Source: Thermodesulfobacteriota bacterium (GTDB taxonomy: Bacteria > Desulfobacterota_D > UBA1144 > Nemesobacterales > Nemesobacteraceae). From it: 64,000 bases of DNA. The position numbers and the translations under genes are program-made. The notes below the pieces were generated by a model that saw only the letters and a program-made list of their open reading frames with translations, had not been told where the DNA came from and did not search any database. This document shows positions 26,146 through 35,952 of this stretch, in pieces. Position 1 is the first letter of the stretch; each line of letters begins with the position of its first letter. Where the stretch lies: positions 1,855,329 through 1,919,328 of the forward strand of contig OZ253668.1 in assembly GCA_965263275.1 (NCBI GenBank), read 5' to 3'.

Positions 26146-27599
26146 ACGTTAGGTTCTGTTTTCAGATCACGGGAAAGTTCGTGATGTATCTGGGGCTTCT
26201 GATGCTCCTGCCGGCCGTCTGCACCCTGTTTTACGGCGGGGACGACCTTTCTACCTTCCTGCTCTCGGCGCTTGTAACTTCGCTTGCGGGCCTTGCGTTT
26301 CTAGTTGTTTTCCGCATCCCTGAAACTCCGACTGAAATACGAAGAAGAGAAGGTTTCCTGATCGCGGCGCTTTGCTGGATGCTTGCGAGCGTTTTCGGTG
26401 CCATTCCTTATTATATTTACGGGGTGTTCGCCAGTCCGGTTGACGCGCTTTTTGAATCGACCGCGGGTTTTACCACTACCGGAGCGACTGCGCTTGTGTC
26501 CATAGAGGGGCTTCCCAAAGGGATTCTTTTCTGGAGGAATTTCACTCAGTGGCTCGGCGGTATGGGAATAATAGTTCTGGGAATCGCGATTCTTCCCAGG
26601 CTTTTTGTCGGTGGCGCGCAGATCATGGGGCATGAGACCCCGGGACCCACGACAGAGAAATTCGCTCCGAAAATCGCCGAGACTGCCAAGAAACTCTGGT
26701 TCGTGTACATTGCCCTTACGGCTGCGCTTGCGGTACTCCTTGTTTTCGGCGGAATGAGTTTCTTCGACGCCCTGACGCATTCTTTCAGCACTCTCTCAAC
26801 AGGTGGTTTTTCCTGCAGAGACTTAAGCATAGGGGCTTATGACAGCGTCTACATACAGGGGCTGATTACGTTTTTCATGTTCCTCGGCGGAACGAGTTTC
26901 GTGCTTCATTTCTACTTTTTCACCGGGAAGCCTGGGAGGCTTTTGAGAAACTCCGAGTTTCGGTTCTACCTTTTCTTCACCGTTGCAGCGATGATGTTTA
27001 TTACAATAGAACTCGTGCAGACCGGCGTTTACGAAACCTTTTCCGAGTCTCTGCGCTACGCGTCTTTTCAGGTGGTTTCAATTATTACCACAACCGGCTT
27101 TACCACCACGGATTTTGATGCGTGGCCGTCTTTTGTGAAATGGGTGCTTTTCCTGCTGATGTTTTTCGGCGCGTGCGCGGGGTCGACTTCCGGGTCAGTA
27201 AAAGCCATAAGAATCATGGTGCTTTTTAAAAAGGCACACAGGGAAATACAAAGACTCGTTTATCCGAGCGTGGTTTCTCCCATAACAATAGAGGGAAAGG
27301 CAATAAGCGAAAAAGCTGTTTCAAGCATAACGAGTTTCTTTATCCTCTATATCTTTCTTTGCGGCTTCATTGCTCTTGTGGTTCTTATGCTTGAGGACAT
27401 ATCCTTGGAATCCGCCGTCTCGGCTGCGGTCGCTTCCATAACCAACGTCGGACCCGCTTTTGACGAGGTCGGTCCGACCAGCCACTATTCTCACCTGGGG
27501 TCGCCTACGAAAATCATACTTTCATTGGCCATGATCATAGGGAGGCTTGAACTCTACACGATTCTGGTACTTTTGATGCCGTCTTTCTGGAGAAGGTAG
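26142..27599 (+). CDS. trkH: Trk-type potassium transporter membrane subunit TrkH
   Basis: 485-aa polytopic ORF with repeated selectivity-filter-like TTTG/STGG segments. 4-nt overlap with trkA. Confidence 0.88.
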   Translation: MNVRFCFQITGKFVMYLGLLMLLPAVCTLFYGGDDLSTFLLSALVTSLAGLAFLVVFRIPETPTEIRRREGFLIAALCWMLASVFGAIPYYIYGVFASPVDALFESTAGFTTTGATALVSIEGLPKGILFWRNFTQWLGGMGIIVLGIAILPRLFVGGAQIMGHETPGPTTEKFAPKIAETAKKLWFVYIALTAALAVLLVFGGMSFFDALTHSFSTLSTGGFSCRDLSIGAYDSVYIQGLITFFMFLGGTSFVLHFYFFTGKPGRLLRNSEFRFYLFFTVAAMMFITIELVQTGVYETFSESLRYASFQVVSIITTTGFTTTDFDAWPSFVKWVLFLLMFFGACAGSTSGSVKAIRIMVLFKKAHREIQRLVYPSVVSPITIEGKAISEKAVSSITSFFILYIFLCGFIALVVLMLEDISLESAVSAAVASITNVGPAFDEVGPTSHYSHLGSPTKIILSLAMIIGRLELYTILVLLMPSFWRR

Positions 27600-27851
27600 G
27601 AAGGGTTCCCGACTGGCTGGCTTGGTAAGATGGTTTCTGAGCTAGGAATGATATGAACGATAATATCTTTATTAACTAATAAAAGTTTTCTTTCGCATTC
27701 AGTTTTTAGCAGGGTTAAGCGTACATAAATTCCTTTTGAAAATTGGCAAAACTGAATGTAATCTAATGAGAATATTCTATGGTAGCATTTCATTCTTTCC
27801 TCTCCCGCTTCCAGCGGGTGCTTATTTTTACGGTGTCGGTTTTCAGAAAAC

Positions 27852-28793
27852 ATGGAAATTATAGTTGACCCAAAACAGCCTCTGGATTTTCAGACCTCTG
27901 CGGGCATTGGAAATTTTGACGGCATCCATCTAGGACACAAAAAGATAATAGATGTCGTGAAACGTTGCTCGCGGGAAAATTCCACGCGTTCCTGCGTAAT
28001 TACTTTCGATCCTCATCCGCAGAAAGTTCTCGGCAAAAAGGAAATCTCCCTCATATTCCCGCTAGAACGCAGGTTCGATATGCTTGAAGCCCTGGGGATT
28101 GACGTGGTTATCTGTCTTAACTTCACCCATGAGCTCTCAAGGGTAAGCGCGGAGAATTTCGTAAAAGACATCCTTCTTGACCGCCTGAGGATAAAGAACA
28201 TGGTCGTGGGTCCGGGATTCTCTTTCGGACACAAAAGAGAAGGAAACGTCGATCTTCTGCGGTCCATGGGAAAAGCCCATGGCTTCAACACGGTGGTTGC
28301 CGAAGCGGCGCGGGTGGGTGAGCGGGTGGTAAGCAGCAGCGTTATAAGGGATCTGGTAGCAGGCGGAGAAATCCGCGAGTCAAACCGGTTTTTCGGTTAC
28401 GATTACTACATAGGGGGTGTCGTAGTGGAAGGGGAAAAAAGAGGCAGAAAACTGGGTTTTCCCACGGTTAACCTTGATACCGAATGGGAGATTCTTCCCA
28501 GGCCGGGAGTCTACGCTACCTATGTCAAGCTTCCCGACGGTCTTCACGGAAGCATTACCAACATAGGAATCCGTCCGACATTTGAGGAGAGCAAGCTTAC
28601 GGTCGAGACCCATATCTTTGATTTCAGTGACGATCTTTACGGAGAGGAAGTCAGAGTTAATTTTGTCGAAAGGCTGAGGGACGAGAAGCGTTTTGCGAAC
28701 GTGGACGAGCTTGTAGCGCAGATCAGACACGATATTGCGGCGGTACGGGAAATTCTTCGCGGCCACCCGAAGGACGAGCGGATTTGGGAATAA
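27852..28793 (+). CDS. ribF: Bifunctional riboflavin kinase / FMN adenylyltransferase
   Basis: GNFDGIHLGHKKII, a C-terminal riboflavin kinase region (GFPTVNL, ETHIFDF). Confidence 0.9.
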   Translation: MEIIVDPKQPLDFQTSAGIGNFDGIHLGHKKIIDVVKRCSRENSTRSCVITFDPHPQKVLGKKEISLIFPLERRFDMLEALGIDVVICLNFTHELSRVSAENFVKDILLDRLRIKNMVVGPGFSFGHKREGNVDLLRSMGKAHGFNTVVAEAARVGERVVSSSVIRDLVAGGEIRESNRFFGYDYYIGGVVVEGEKRGRKLGFPTVNLDTEWEILPRPGVYATYVKLPDGLHGSITNIGIRPTFEESKLTVETHIFDFSDDLYGEEVRVNFVERLRDEKRFANVDELVAQIRHDIAAVREILRGHPKDERIWE

Positions 28794-29641
28794 AAGCCAC
28801 AACGCAGATATACGGTATCTTCGGCCATCCCGTATCCCAGAGTTTATCCCCGGCCATGCACAACGCGGCGTTTACGCATCTGGAACTTGACTGCGTTTAT
28901 CTGGCCTTTGACGTGGATCCCCGAAACGTAGCTCAGGCCGTAAGCTCAATAAGAGTCCTTGGTCTCTGCGGAATTAACGTCACTATCCCGCATAAACAAT
29001 CCGTTATGGCAGGCCTCGATGAGATTGCCCCCGAGGCGTCCATGGTTGGAGCTGTAAACACCATAGTTAACGAGGACGGAAGACTTAAGGGTTACAATAC
29101 GGACGTCTCCGGGGTGCTTAGAGCCCTTGACTATGAGCTCAAATTCGTCCCGCGGGATAAGAATGTCTTTATCGTGGGAGCCGGTGGAGCTTCAAGGGCC
29201 ATCATAGTGGCGATGTGCACCGGCGGTGCCCGAAACGTAGCGGTCGTTAACAGAACCTACTTGAAAGCGCAGAAGCTTTCGGAGGAATTTTCCCCGCAGT
29301 TTGGCAGTGTTGAATTTTCTTCCGCACCGCTTGGCGATGCGGACCGGGTGGCGGAACTGATAGCGCAGGCGGACATTGTGATTAACTGCTCGTCTGCCGG
29401 AATGGGCGATATAGAACCGCTTTGTCTTCCGCTTGATCTGCTTGGCAAGGACTGCGTGGTTTACGATCTTGTTTATAAGCCTCCTGTTACTCCGCTTGTT
29501 AGGGACTCCAGGGCACTTGGGCTGAAAGCGGAATCCGGGCTCGGCATGCTCCTTTACCAGGGGGTTGACGCTTTTGAGATCTGGACTGGCGAAGATGCCC
29601 CGGTAGAAGTAATGAGAGAGGCCCTTTCGGTTCCCAGGTAA
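28784..29641 (+). CDS. aroE: Shikimate dehydrogenase
   Basis: GIFGHPVSQSLSPAMHNAAF, NVTIPHK, GYNTD and GAGGASRA motifs. Confidence 0.9.
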   Translation: MGIKATTQIYGIFGHPVSQSLSPAMHNAAFTHLELDCVYLAFDVDPRNVAQAVSSIRVLGLCGINVTIPHKQSVMAGLDEIAPEASMVGAVNTIVNEDGRLKGYNTDVSGVLRALDYELKFVPRDKNVFIVGAGGASRAIIVAMCTGGARNVAVVNRTYLKAQKLSEEFSPQFGSVEFSSAPLGDADRVAELIAQADIVINCSSAGMGDIEPLCLPLDLLGKDCVVYDLVYKPPVTPLVRDSRALGLKAESGLGMLLYQGVDAFEIWTGEDAPVEVMREALSVPR

Positions 29642-29702
29642 CGGTTCCGGTTTTTTGGTATAATGAACCAAGAGGTTTTTAATCGGTCACGGGAGAATTT
29701 TC

Positions 29703-29927
29703 ATGAAAGTAACCAGCCCAGCAGGGGATTTTGAGATAACGGTGACGGAATCGTCTGTGGAGGGCGACTTTATAGTAATAAGCGGGCAGATGGGGGTGTG
29801 GGATTCACAAATCTACATGAAACCCTCCGACCTTTTGAGTTTTGCGGGAGTTCTATTTAACTTTCAGGTTGTTTTATTCCTCGTCAAGCAACCGTTCAGA
29901 TGGGTTTTCGGCAAAAAGCGAGATTAG
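29703..29927 (+). CDS. Hypothetical small protein with a C-terminal hydrophobic segment
   Basis: 74-aa ORF in its own intergenic slot. No recognisable motif. Confidence 0.3.
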   Translation: MKVTSPAGDFEITVTESSVEGDFIVISGQMGVWDSQIYMKPSDLLSFAGVLFNFQVVLFLVKQPFRWVFGKKRD

Positions 29928-30046
29928 CAGCGAGGTCTCTTCGGGGGAAGGAGTTTCTTGGCGATAGTGCTCACAAGGAAATCCGTGGATTCTTCAGGTG
30001 CATTGCTGATCGCACTCTTCTTGCCTCTTGTTCTCTTTGTTCGCGA

Positions 30047-31067
30047 TCAAGGAACAGAGATACTTCCCACTTTGACCGGAATGCCGTCTGCATCATATCT
30101 GCTGATATCGTAAATTCCTTCCGTAGGATCGCCCGCGTCATCAAGTTCGATAGTGCCGGATACTCCATCATAGTCTATATCTTTACCCTCAACCACTAGA
30201 TTGAGGCACTCAGAGAAGCTTTGACACTTCTCGCCGCCCCTTGTCACTTCGCTTATTTCATCTACGTATTCTGATGGTTCCACAGTCCGCGTGCTCAAAG
30301 AGGCAAGAACCATTATAACAGTGGCATCATAGGCATGTCGCGGGCAGGAAGGACATCCTATCTCTGGGGCAAATTCCATTATACGGCGGGCAAAATCCGG
30401 GTTCTCCGGAAAAGAAGTAGTAATACCCTTTATTCCCTCTACCTGAACTTCGTTACCTGATATTCCCAGAAAATTTCTTACGCTTGCGTTAAGGTTCGGT
30501 GGTGTGGCTCCGGCAAGATATACTTTTGTCTGGGATGGCCCCTCCGTCTTCGGCTATAACCTTGGCGATAACTACGGCCCTGAATGCATCGGAAGGCTTG
30601 GATCTGAAGAAAAACCCATTACCTGAGGTCGGTTCCGTAGTTAGAACTGGAGAAGAACTCACCGGAGAGATCATTACCATTTCATATTTGTTTATCTCAT
30701 CGAAAAGTCCCAAGGAAATGGTTGAACACCCGGCTCCGATAATGCCATGTACGCCCTCATCTATAAGCTGATTAAAAGATCTTTCTGCTGTGTCCAGACT
30801 GCATGCGCTGTCTCTCTCCGCAAGAATTACATTCACGCCGGCTTCCTGTATTTCCTTAACCGCCAGCCTGACTCCTGGCTCGTAGTTATGCCCTATCTCC
30901 GGTTCTCCTGTCTTAGAAAGGAGCATTCCCATTTTAAAAACGGGGAAGTTGTCGAGGTCAAGGTATTCATCATCCGGACCGCAACCTGTCGAAGCAGCAG
31001 CAAACACGCTTACAGCAAGCAGTGTTATGAGTAGCCCTAATGTTCCCTGCAGTTTATCTTTTCTCAT
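30047..31067 (-). pseudogene. LivK-type (Leu/Ile/Val-binding family) ABC substrate-binding lipoprotein, frameshifted and probably internally deleted
   Basis: Lipobox ...AASTGC and a Peripla_BP_6-like N-half (30489-31067). The C-half continues in another frame (30047-~30530: ..VYLAGATPPNLNASVRNFLG...IDYDGVSGTIELDDAGDP). The combined length is short for the family. Confidence 0.65.
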
Positions 31068-31126
31068 CTTACACGTCCTCCTGCCTCATATAGGCTAAAG
31101 GATTATGAGATAACGCGTGGAGCTGC

Positions 31127-32437
31127 TTAACCGTCCGAAAATGGGTCGGGGATATCGGGGTGCCAACGTGCGAAATGGTTTTTGTGTGCCTCCGTGTAAG
31201 CTCCGGGCGGGTAGTACTTATCGTAGAAATCCAGATCCAGATGATGGGCCTGCACCATGAATCGAAGGAACATGGGATCGGAAAAAGCCGGGAACCTCCC
31301 GTAAGTATCGTAAACGTAGTTGCAGATGTCCTTTACGACCTGAATTTCATCCTTGCTGGGTCTTTCGACCTCCGCAAGTACTCCGGCTGGATCCTTGTAG
31401 GGAAGCTTGTGCGATTCCCAGTTTGTCCATTTCATGTCGTTAAACGCCTCAACGGCTTCTCCCATGTCCTTGTAGTACGGCGGGCAGAACGACTGGAACA
31501 GGTCGTCTCTACCGACTGCCACGGGGTTTGGGTTTCCCGTGTCGCCCTGTATCTTGGGAGTGGCGAACCGAAAACCCAGTCCCCTGTGAAAAGGGGTTCC
31601 GCCGAGCATGAACATGCTAGCGAATCCGCTGAAAAGCCATCCCCCGAGACCCAGGGTCTGAAGCGCCAGGACCATGTTCTGTCCCATAAAGGCCTGCTCT
31701 GCGATGTAACCGTTGGCGAAGCGAAGCTCTGCCTCGACAAGAGGCATTCTCTTCGACTTGTCAAGAAACCCTTTTTCAAGCCACTGCGCGGTTCCGGGAG
31801 GCCTGAGCCTGTGAAGCTCATCGACGAAGTTAAACCTGTGATCCGGTCTCATGTAGAAGAAATAAAGATTGATTATGCATGCCGAAAGATCGGTTACCGG
31901 CATGAACACAGTAGTTCCGGGCTTGTTCACGTTCCAAAGATTATGGGCGGCGATTCCCGGAGGCTTTGACGGCAGATCGGCCCTTCCGTCAGAAAGCTTG
32001 ATCTTGCATTCGCGGAACAGTTCAAGTATCCGGTCCACTCTCTGGTGGCGGGTCATTTTCTCAAGACCTTCAAAATCCTCGGCGCGGCGGTCATGCATCT
32101 TTATCATGTAGAGCCCCTCGTCGTTCGTGTAGAAAAGCTCCGTCCTGTGCACGTCCCCGAGGGCCGGAATCGTCTTGCTCGTAAACTGCATTTCAAGGTC
32201 AAGACCCACGTGCGGGGGGAAATCCGAGAGATTTATGTTCTTTATGCCGAGGCCGGTCCACACCAGCATGGCTTCCTCAAGTTCAGATAGCGGGACGGGG
32301 TCGTGCTTGGACTTATATTGGAGGGGTCCCCTTTCGATTTCCATTCCAAGACCGAAGCGCCGGGACCTTCTCTGAAAAACAGCGTCGTAAAAACCGTGGT
32401 TTATGGCGTGATCAAGACCTTCTGGGTATTTGCTCAT
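31127..32437 (-). CDS. Nitroreductase-superfamily protein with a SagB/ThcOx-type dehydrogenase-like domain
   Basis: RRSRRF motif, KTIPALGDVHRTELFY...EGLYMI and AEQAFMGQNMVLALQTLGLGGW are nitroreductase/SagB-like. AGGAG RBS sits 8 nt before the ATG at 32437. Confidence 0.55.
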   Translation of the reverse strand: MSKYPEGLDHAINHGFYDAVFQRRSRRFGLGMEIERGPLQYKSKHDPVPLSELEEAMLVWTGLGIKNINLSDFPPHVGLDLEMQFTSKTIPALGDVHRTELFYTNDEGLYMIKMHDRRAEDFEGLEKMTRHQRVDRILELFRECKIKLSDGRADLPSKPPGIAAHNLWNVNKPGTTVFMPVTDLSACIINLYFFYMRPDHRFNFVDELHRLRPPGTAQWLEKGFLDKSKRMPLVEAELRFANGYIAEQAFMGQNMVLALQTLGLGGWLFSGFASMFMLGGTPFHRGLGFRFATPKIQGDTGNPNPVAVGRDDLFQSFCPPYYKDMGEAVEAFNDMKWTNWESHKLPYKDPAGVLAEVERPSKDEIQVVKDICNYVYDTYGRFPAFSDPMFLRFMVQAHHLDLDFYDKYYPPGAYTEAHKNHFARWHPDIPDPFSDG

Positions 32438-32481
32438 GAAAATTTCTCCTTGATTTGGTTTCTCCGCTTGCGCGGACAAGT

Positions 32482-33030
32482 TCATTCCTCCTCCTCGGAA
32501 TCAGATGGGGTCATAAGTCTCATGTATTCATTTTCCGTGACTATTTCCAGCGAACTCTCGACCCTGTCAAGAAATACCACTCCGTTTATGTGATCGTATT
32601 CGTGCTGGAACACTCTGGCTGTAAAATCCGCGAAACTGCTTTCCACGAGATTGTTGTCCCTGTCCCTGTAGGTCGCGCGGACGGACTTATGTCTCGGTAC
32701 GAGCGCCCGGATTCCCGGGATGCTAAGGCATCCTTCCCAGTCTTTTTCCACATCGTCTGATACAGAGACTATTTCGGGATTGATTATCACTTTGGTCTCC
32801 GTTTCCGGGGCGTCGGGGTAGCGTGGACTCACGGTTCCCGCGATTATGAAAATGCGAAGAGACTCGGATACCTGAGGAGCGGCGATTCCGGCGCCGTTTG
32901 CTTCTGCGGCTGTGAGAATCATATCGTCAATCAGTTCCTGGATTTCCGTGTCGCTTATGCTCTCGACGCTTTCGGCTTCTTGCCTGAGCACGGGGTTTCC
33001 CAGTTCGGTGATTTCACGTTGCTGCGCCAT
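32482..33030 (-). CDS. def: Peptide deformylase
   Basis: GIAAPQV, EGCLS and QHEYDHINGV motifs. Confidence 0.93.
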   Translation of the reverse strand: MAQQREITELGNPVLRQEAESVESISDTEIQELIDDMILTAAEANGAGIAAPQVSESLRIFIIAGTVSPRYPDAPETETKVIINPEIVSVSDDVEKDWEGCLSIPGIRALVPRHKSVRATYRDRDNNLVESSFADFTARVFQHEYDHINGVVFLDRVESSLEIVTENEYMRLMTPSDSEEEE

Positions 33031-33146
33031 GATTTTAGATGATTGAAAACGGTCTGCCGTTTACAGCCTGCTCACAATGGATTGCGGACAGGTGTTTAAG
33101 ATTCTATTATTATAAAACAAAAAACCGGGAGGTTAAAGGGAGCTTC

Positions 33147-34634
33147 GTGCAGGGGATCGAACTTATACAAAGAGCGGATGGTTTCGGGCAAAGGACCGCT
33201 GTTGAGGACTGGACTGGAAGTTTTACCTACGCCGACCTGATGCGCGTCTCGCGCTTTGCGGCCCTCAACCTTCTCGGCGGCGAAGAAGACCTTCGGGAGA
33301 GAAGAGTTGCCTTTATAGTTCCCCCGGGATTTGAATATGTAGCCATTAAGCTCGGCGTATGGATGGCGGGAGGAGTGTCCGTTCCACTCGGCATCGCTCA
33401 TTCCCCAAGAGAAATAGAATATGTCATAAGGGATTGCGGCGCCGAGACGGTGATTTTTCACCCGGATCTTGCGTACAGACTCGAGGGGGTTTCCTGCGGT
33501 GCCGAAATGCGGTTCCAGAGACTCCCGGATGTTCTGCGGCCCGCCCGGGGAGAACTTCCCCGGATCTCCGGGGAAAGAAGGGCTATGATCATATACACAA
33601 GCGGCACTACCTCAAAACCCAAGGGGGTTGTCTCAACGCACCTTAACATAAAAGCCCAGATAAGCAGCATGACGGAGGCGTGGGAATGGAGCCCCGAGGA
33701 TTCCATACTCAATGTTCTGCCCCTTCATCACCTCCACGGCATATTGAATATTGTTCTGTGTTCCCTCTGGTCCGGCGCCAGGTGCGTGATGATGAACGGG
33801 TTTGACCCGCAAGGTGTGTGGAAGAAATTTGAAAAGAAAGACCTGACCCTCTTTATGGGTGTTCCCACGATCTATTCCAAGCTTATAGATTGCTGGGAGG
33901 ATTCTTCCGCTCGGGATAGAAAACGGATGAGCGACTGCCTTCGCGGATTTCGCCTGATGGTCTGCGGTTCAGCGGCTCTTCCTGTTTCCGTTCTTCGAAA
34001 ATGGAAGGAAATAAGCGGTCAGATACTTCTTGAGAGATACGGAATGACTGAGATAGGAATGGCTCTTTCGAATCCCTACAGGGGCGAAAGGCTTCCGGGA
34101 CGCGTCGGGTTCGTGATGCCGGGGGTCGAGGTGGGTATTTTCGATGAGCGGGACAGACAACTTGGGGAAGGGAGTCAGGGACAAATCAGGGTTAAGGGGA
34201 AAAGCGTTTTTCTTGAGTACTGGGGAGAGCCGCAGGAGACGGAGAGCGTTTTTTGCGACGGATGGTTCAAAACGGGAGACATAGCCTTTTTGGAGCGTGG
34301 CGGTTCCTACAGGATACTCGGGCGGGAGTCGGTGGATATAATAAAGTCAGGTGGATACAAGATCTCCGCTCTTGAAATCGAGGATGTGCTGAGGGACCAT
34401 CCGCTTGTCGAAGAATGTGCGGTGGTCGGGATTGCCGATCCTAGTTGGGGAGAGAGGGTAGGGGCCGCGCTTGTGTTAAGGGAGGGTTTCTCGATGGATC
34501 TTGAGGAGCTTCGTGATTGGGCTTCCGGCAAGCTTGCCCGGTATAAACTCCCGACCCGGCTTCTGCTTCTTCCCTCGCTTCCGAGAAACTGCATGGGCAA
34601 GGTTACCAAAAATGACATTAAGCAGTCTTTTTAA
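33147..34634 (+). CDS. Acyl-CoA synthetase (AMP-forming ligase; substrate unknown)
   Basis: AMP-binding motif IIYTSGTTSKPKGV, then YGMTE and GWFKTGD. GTG 33147 with a GGGAG RBS is preferred over the extended ORF start at 33039. Confidence 0.85.
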   Translation: MQGIELIQRADGFGQRTAVEDWTGSFTYADLMRVSRFAALNLLGGEEDLRERRVAFIVPPGFEYVAIKLGVWMAGGVSVPLGIAHSPREIEYVIRDCGAETVIFHPDLAYRLEGVSCGAEMRFQRLPDVLRPARGELPRISGERRAMIIYTSGTTSKPKGVVSTHLNIKAQISSMTEAWEWSPEDSILNVLPLHHLHGILNIVLCSLWSGARCVMMNGFDPQGVWKKFEKKDLTLFMGVPTIYSKLIDCWEDSSARDRKRMSDCLRGFRLMVCGSAALPVSVLRKWKEISGQILLERYGMTEIGMALSNPYRGERLPGRVGFVMPGVEVGIFDERDRQLGEGSQGQIRVKGKSVFLEYWGEPQETESVFCDGWFKTGDIAFLERGGSYRILGRESVDIIKSGGYKISALEIEDVLRDHPLVEECAVVGIADPSWGERVGAALVLREGFSMDLEELRDWASGKLARYKLPTRLLLLPSLPRNCMGKVTKNDIKQSF

Positions 34635-34705
34635 AATAGTTTATAATTTTTCTGTAACCCCGTGTCAGTCTTTTTCGGGTTTTGAGGATAAACTTGGAGA
34701 GAACC

Positions 34706-35902
34706 ATGAACCAGTCTGAGAAAGCCCCCGTGCGCTCAAACGGTCGTATCCGTTACGGTCCCGACATGAAAACTCTGATCGTCGGCGGTGGCGTCGCCGG
34801 ACTCACGCTTTGCGGGCTTCTCCAGCGGCGGGGTTTTCATCCGACTCTGGTTGAGAGGGCTCCCAAGTTCGGAGATGTAGGGTACGTGATCGTGGTCTGG
34901 CCTTCCGGGAGCAGAATACTCAAGGGGCTTGGTCTTTATGAGCGGCTAAAAGAGCAGGGCTGCGACTTTACCAATTACAACATCTCCAACTACAGGGGCA
35001 AGGTTATAAACAGCTACACGATTGATTCCGTGGTTGAGAAATACGGCCCCATAATAAGCATTTACCGCCCTGATCTAATAGACATACTGAAGGGGGCGGT
35101 AAGCGAAAATTCGATCAGGATGAACACCACGGTCATCTCCCTTGCGGATACGGGAGAGGGAGTCGAGACAGTGTTCAGCGACGGAAGTACGGGGATCTAC
35201 GATCTCGTTATAGGATGTGACGGGATAAGGTCTAAAGTCCGCAGTGACGTCTTCGGCGACATACCGCTTCGCTACAGCGGCATGTCCGGGTGGGGCTTCT
35301 GGGTCAACCCGGATCTTTGCACAAGCGAAGGGATCATCGAGTACTGGGGAAAGGGAAAGTTTCTCGGAATGTGGCCGACGCGCGGTCGACTTGCCGTTTT
35401 CACCAGCGTGAGGAGAAAATCCGGCGTCGGGGACAGCGTTGATACGAGAATAGAGAGCATCCGGCGGAACTTCGCCGAGTTTGGAGGCGTGGTGCCGGAC
35501 ATCCTGGGCGGCCTTGATGATCCGCGCGAGATTTACTATGATGAGTACAATGACCTCAGAATGAATAGCTGGTCTCGTGGAAGGGTGGTGCTTGTCGGAG
35601 ACGCGGTTCATGCCATACTGCCAAACGCCGGCGCCGGTGTGTCAATGGCAATGGAATCGGCTGCCGTTTTGGCCGAAGAGCTATGCAGAACCGATTCAGC
35701 AAACCTCACCCACGCCTTCGGGCAGTATGAGTCAAGAAGAAAGGGCAGGGTGAACAAGGTCCAGAGCCAGTCAAGGATCATGGGGAAATTCATATATACC
35801 GAAAGTGGCACTCTCTCATCAATCCGCGATTATCTAGTGCGGGTGTATTCAAGCAGACAGCTTTTCAGATACTGGGACAGCATGCTGAAAGATCCCCTCT
35901 GA
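34706..35902 (+). CDS. FAD-dependent monooxygenase (UbiH/salicylate hydroxylase-like)
   Basis: IVGGGVAGLTLCGLL dinucleotide-binding fold, GCDGIRS and VVLVGDAVHAILPNAGAGVSMAMESA. Confidence 0.8.
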   Translation: MNQSEKAPVRSNGRIRYGPDMKTLIVGGGVAGLTLCGLLQRRGFHPTLVERAPKFGDVGYVIVVWPSGSRILKGLGLYERLKEQGCDFTNYNISNYRGKVINSYTIDSVVEKYGPIISIYRPDLIDILKGAVSENSIRMNTTVISLADTGEGVETVFSDGSTGIYDLVIGCDGIRSKVRSDVFGDIPLRYSGMSGWGFWVNPDLCTSEGIIEYWGKGKFLGMWPTRGRLAVFTSVRRKSGVGDSVDTRIESIRRNFAEFGGVVPDILGGLDDPREIYYDEYNDLRMNSWSRGRVVLVGDAVHAILPNAGAGVSMAMESAAVLAEELCRTDSANLTHAFGQYESRRKGRVNKVQSQSRIMGKFIYTESGTLSSIRDYLVRVYSSRQLFRYWDSMLKDPL

Positions 35903-35952
35903 GGGCACTGTCCTGCGGTTTTTAAAATTCTTAATTCCGGAGCATAAACTTA

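Noticed and set aside
27804-27832. Hairpin plus T-rich tail (cccgc-ttcca-gcggg tgcttattttta) upstream of ribF, considered as a terminator or attenuator within the AT-rich 27600-27851 spacer
   Set aside because: The stem is only 5 bp with weak extensions, and nothing supports an upstream transcript ending there. I left it unannotated.
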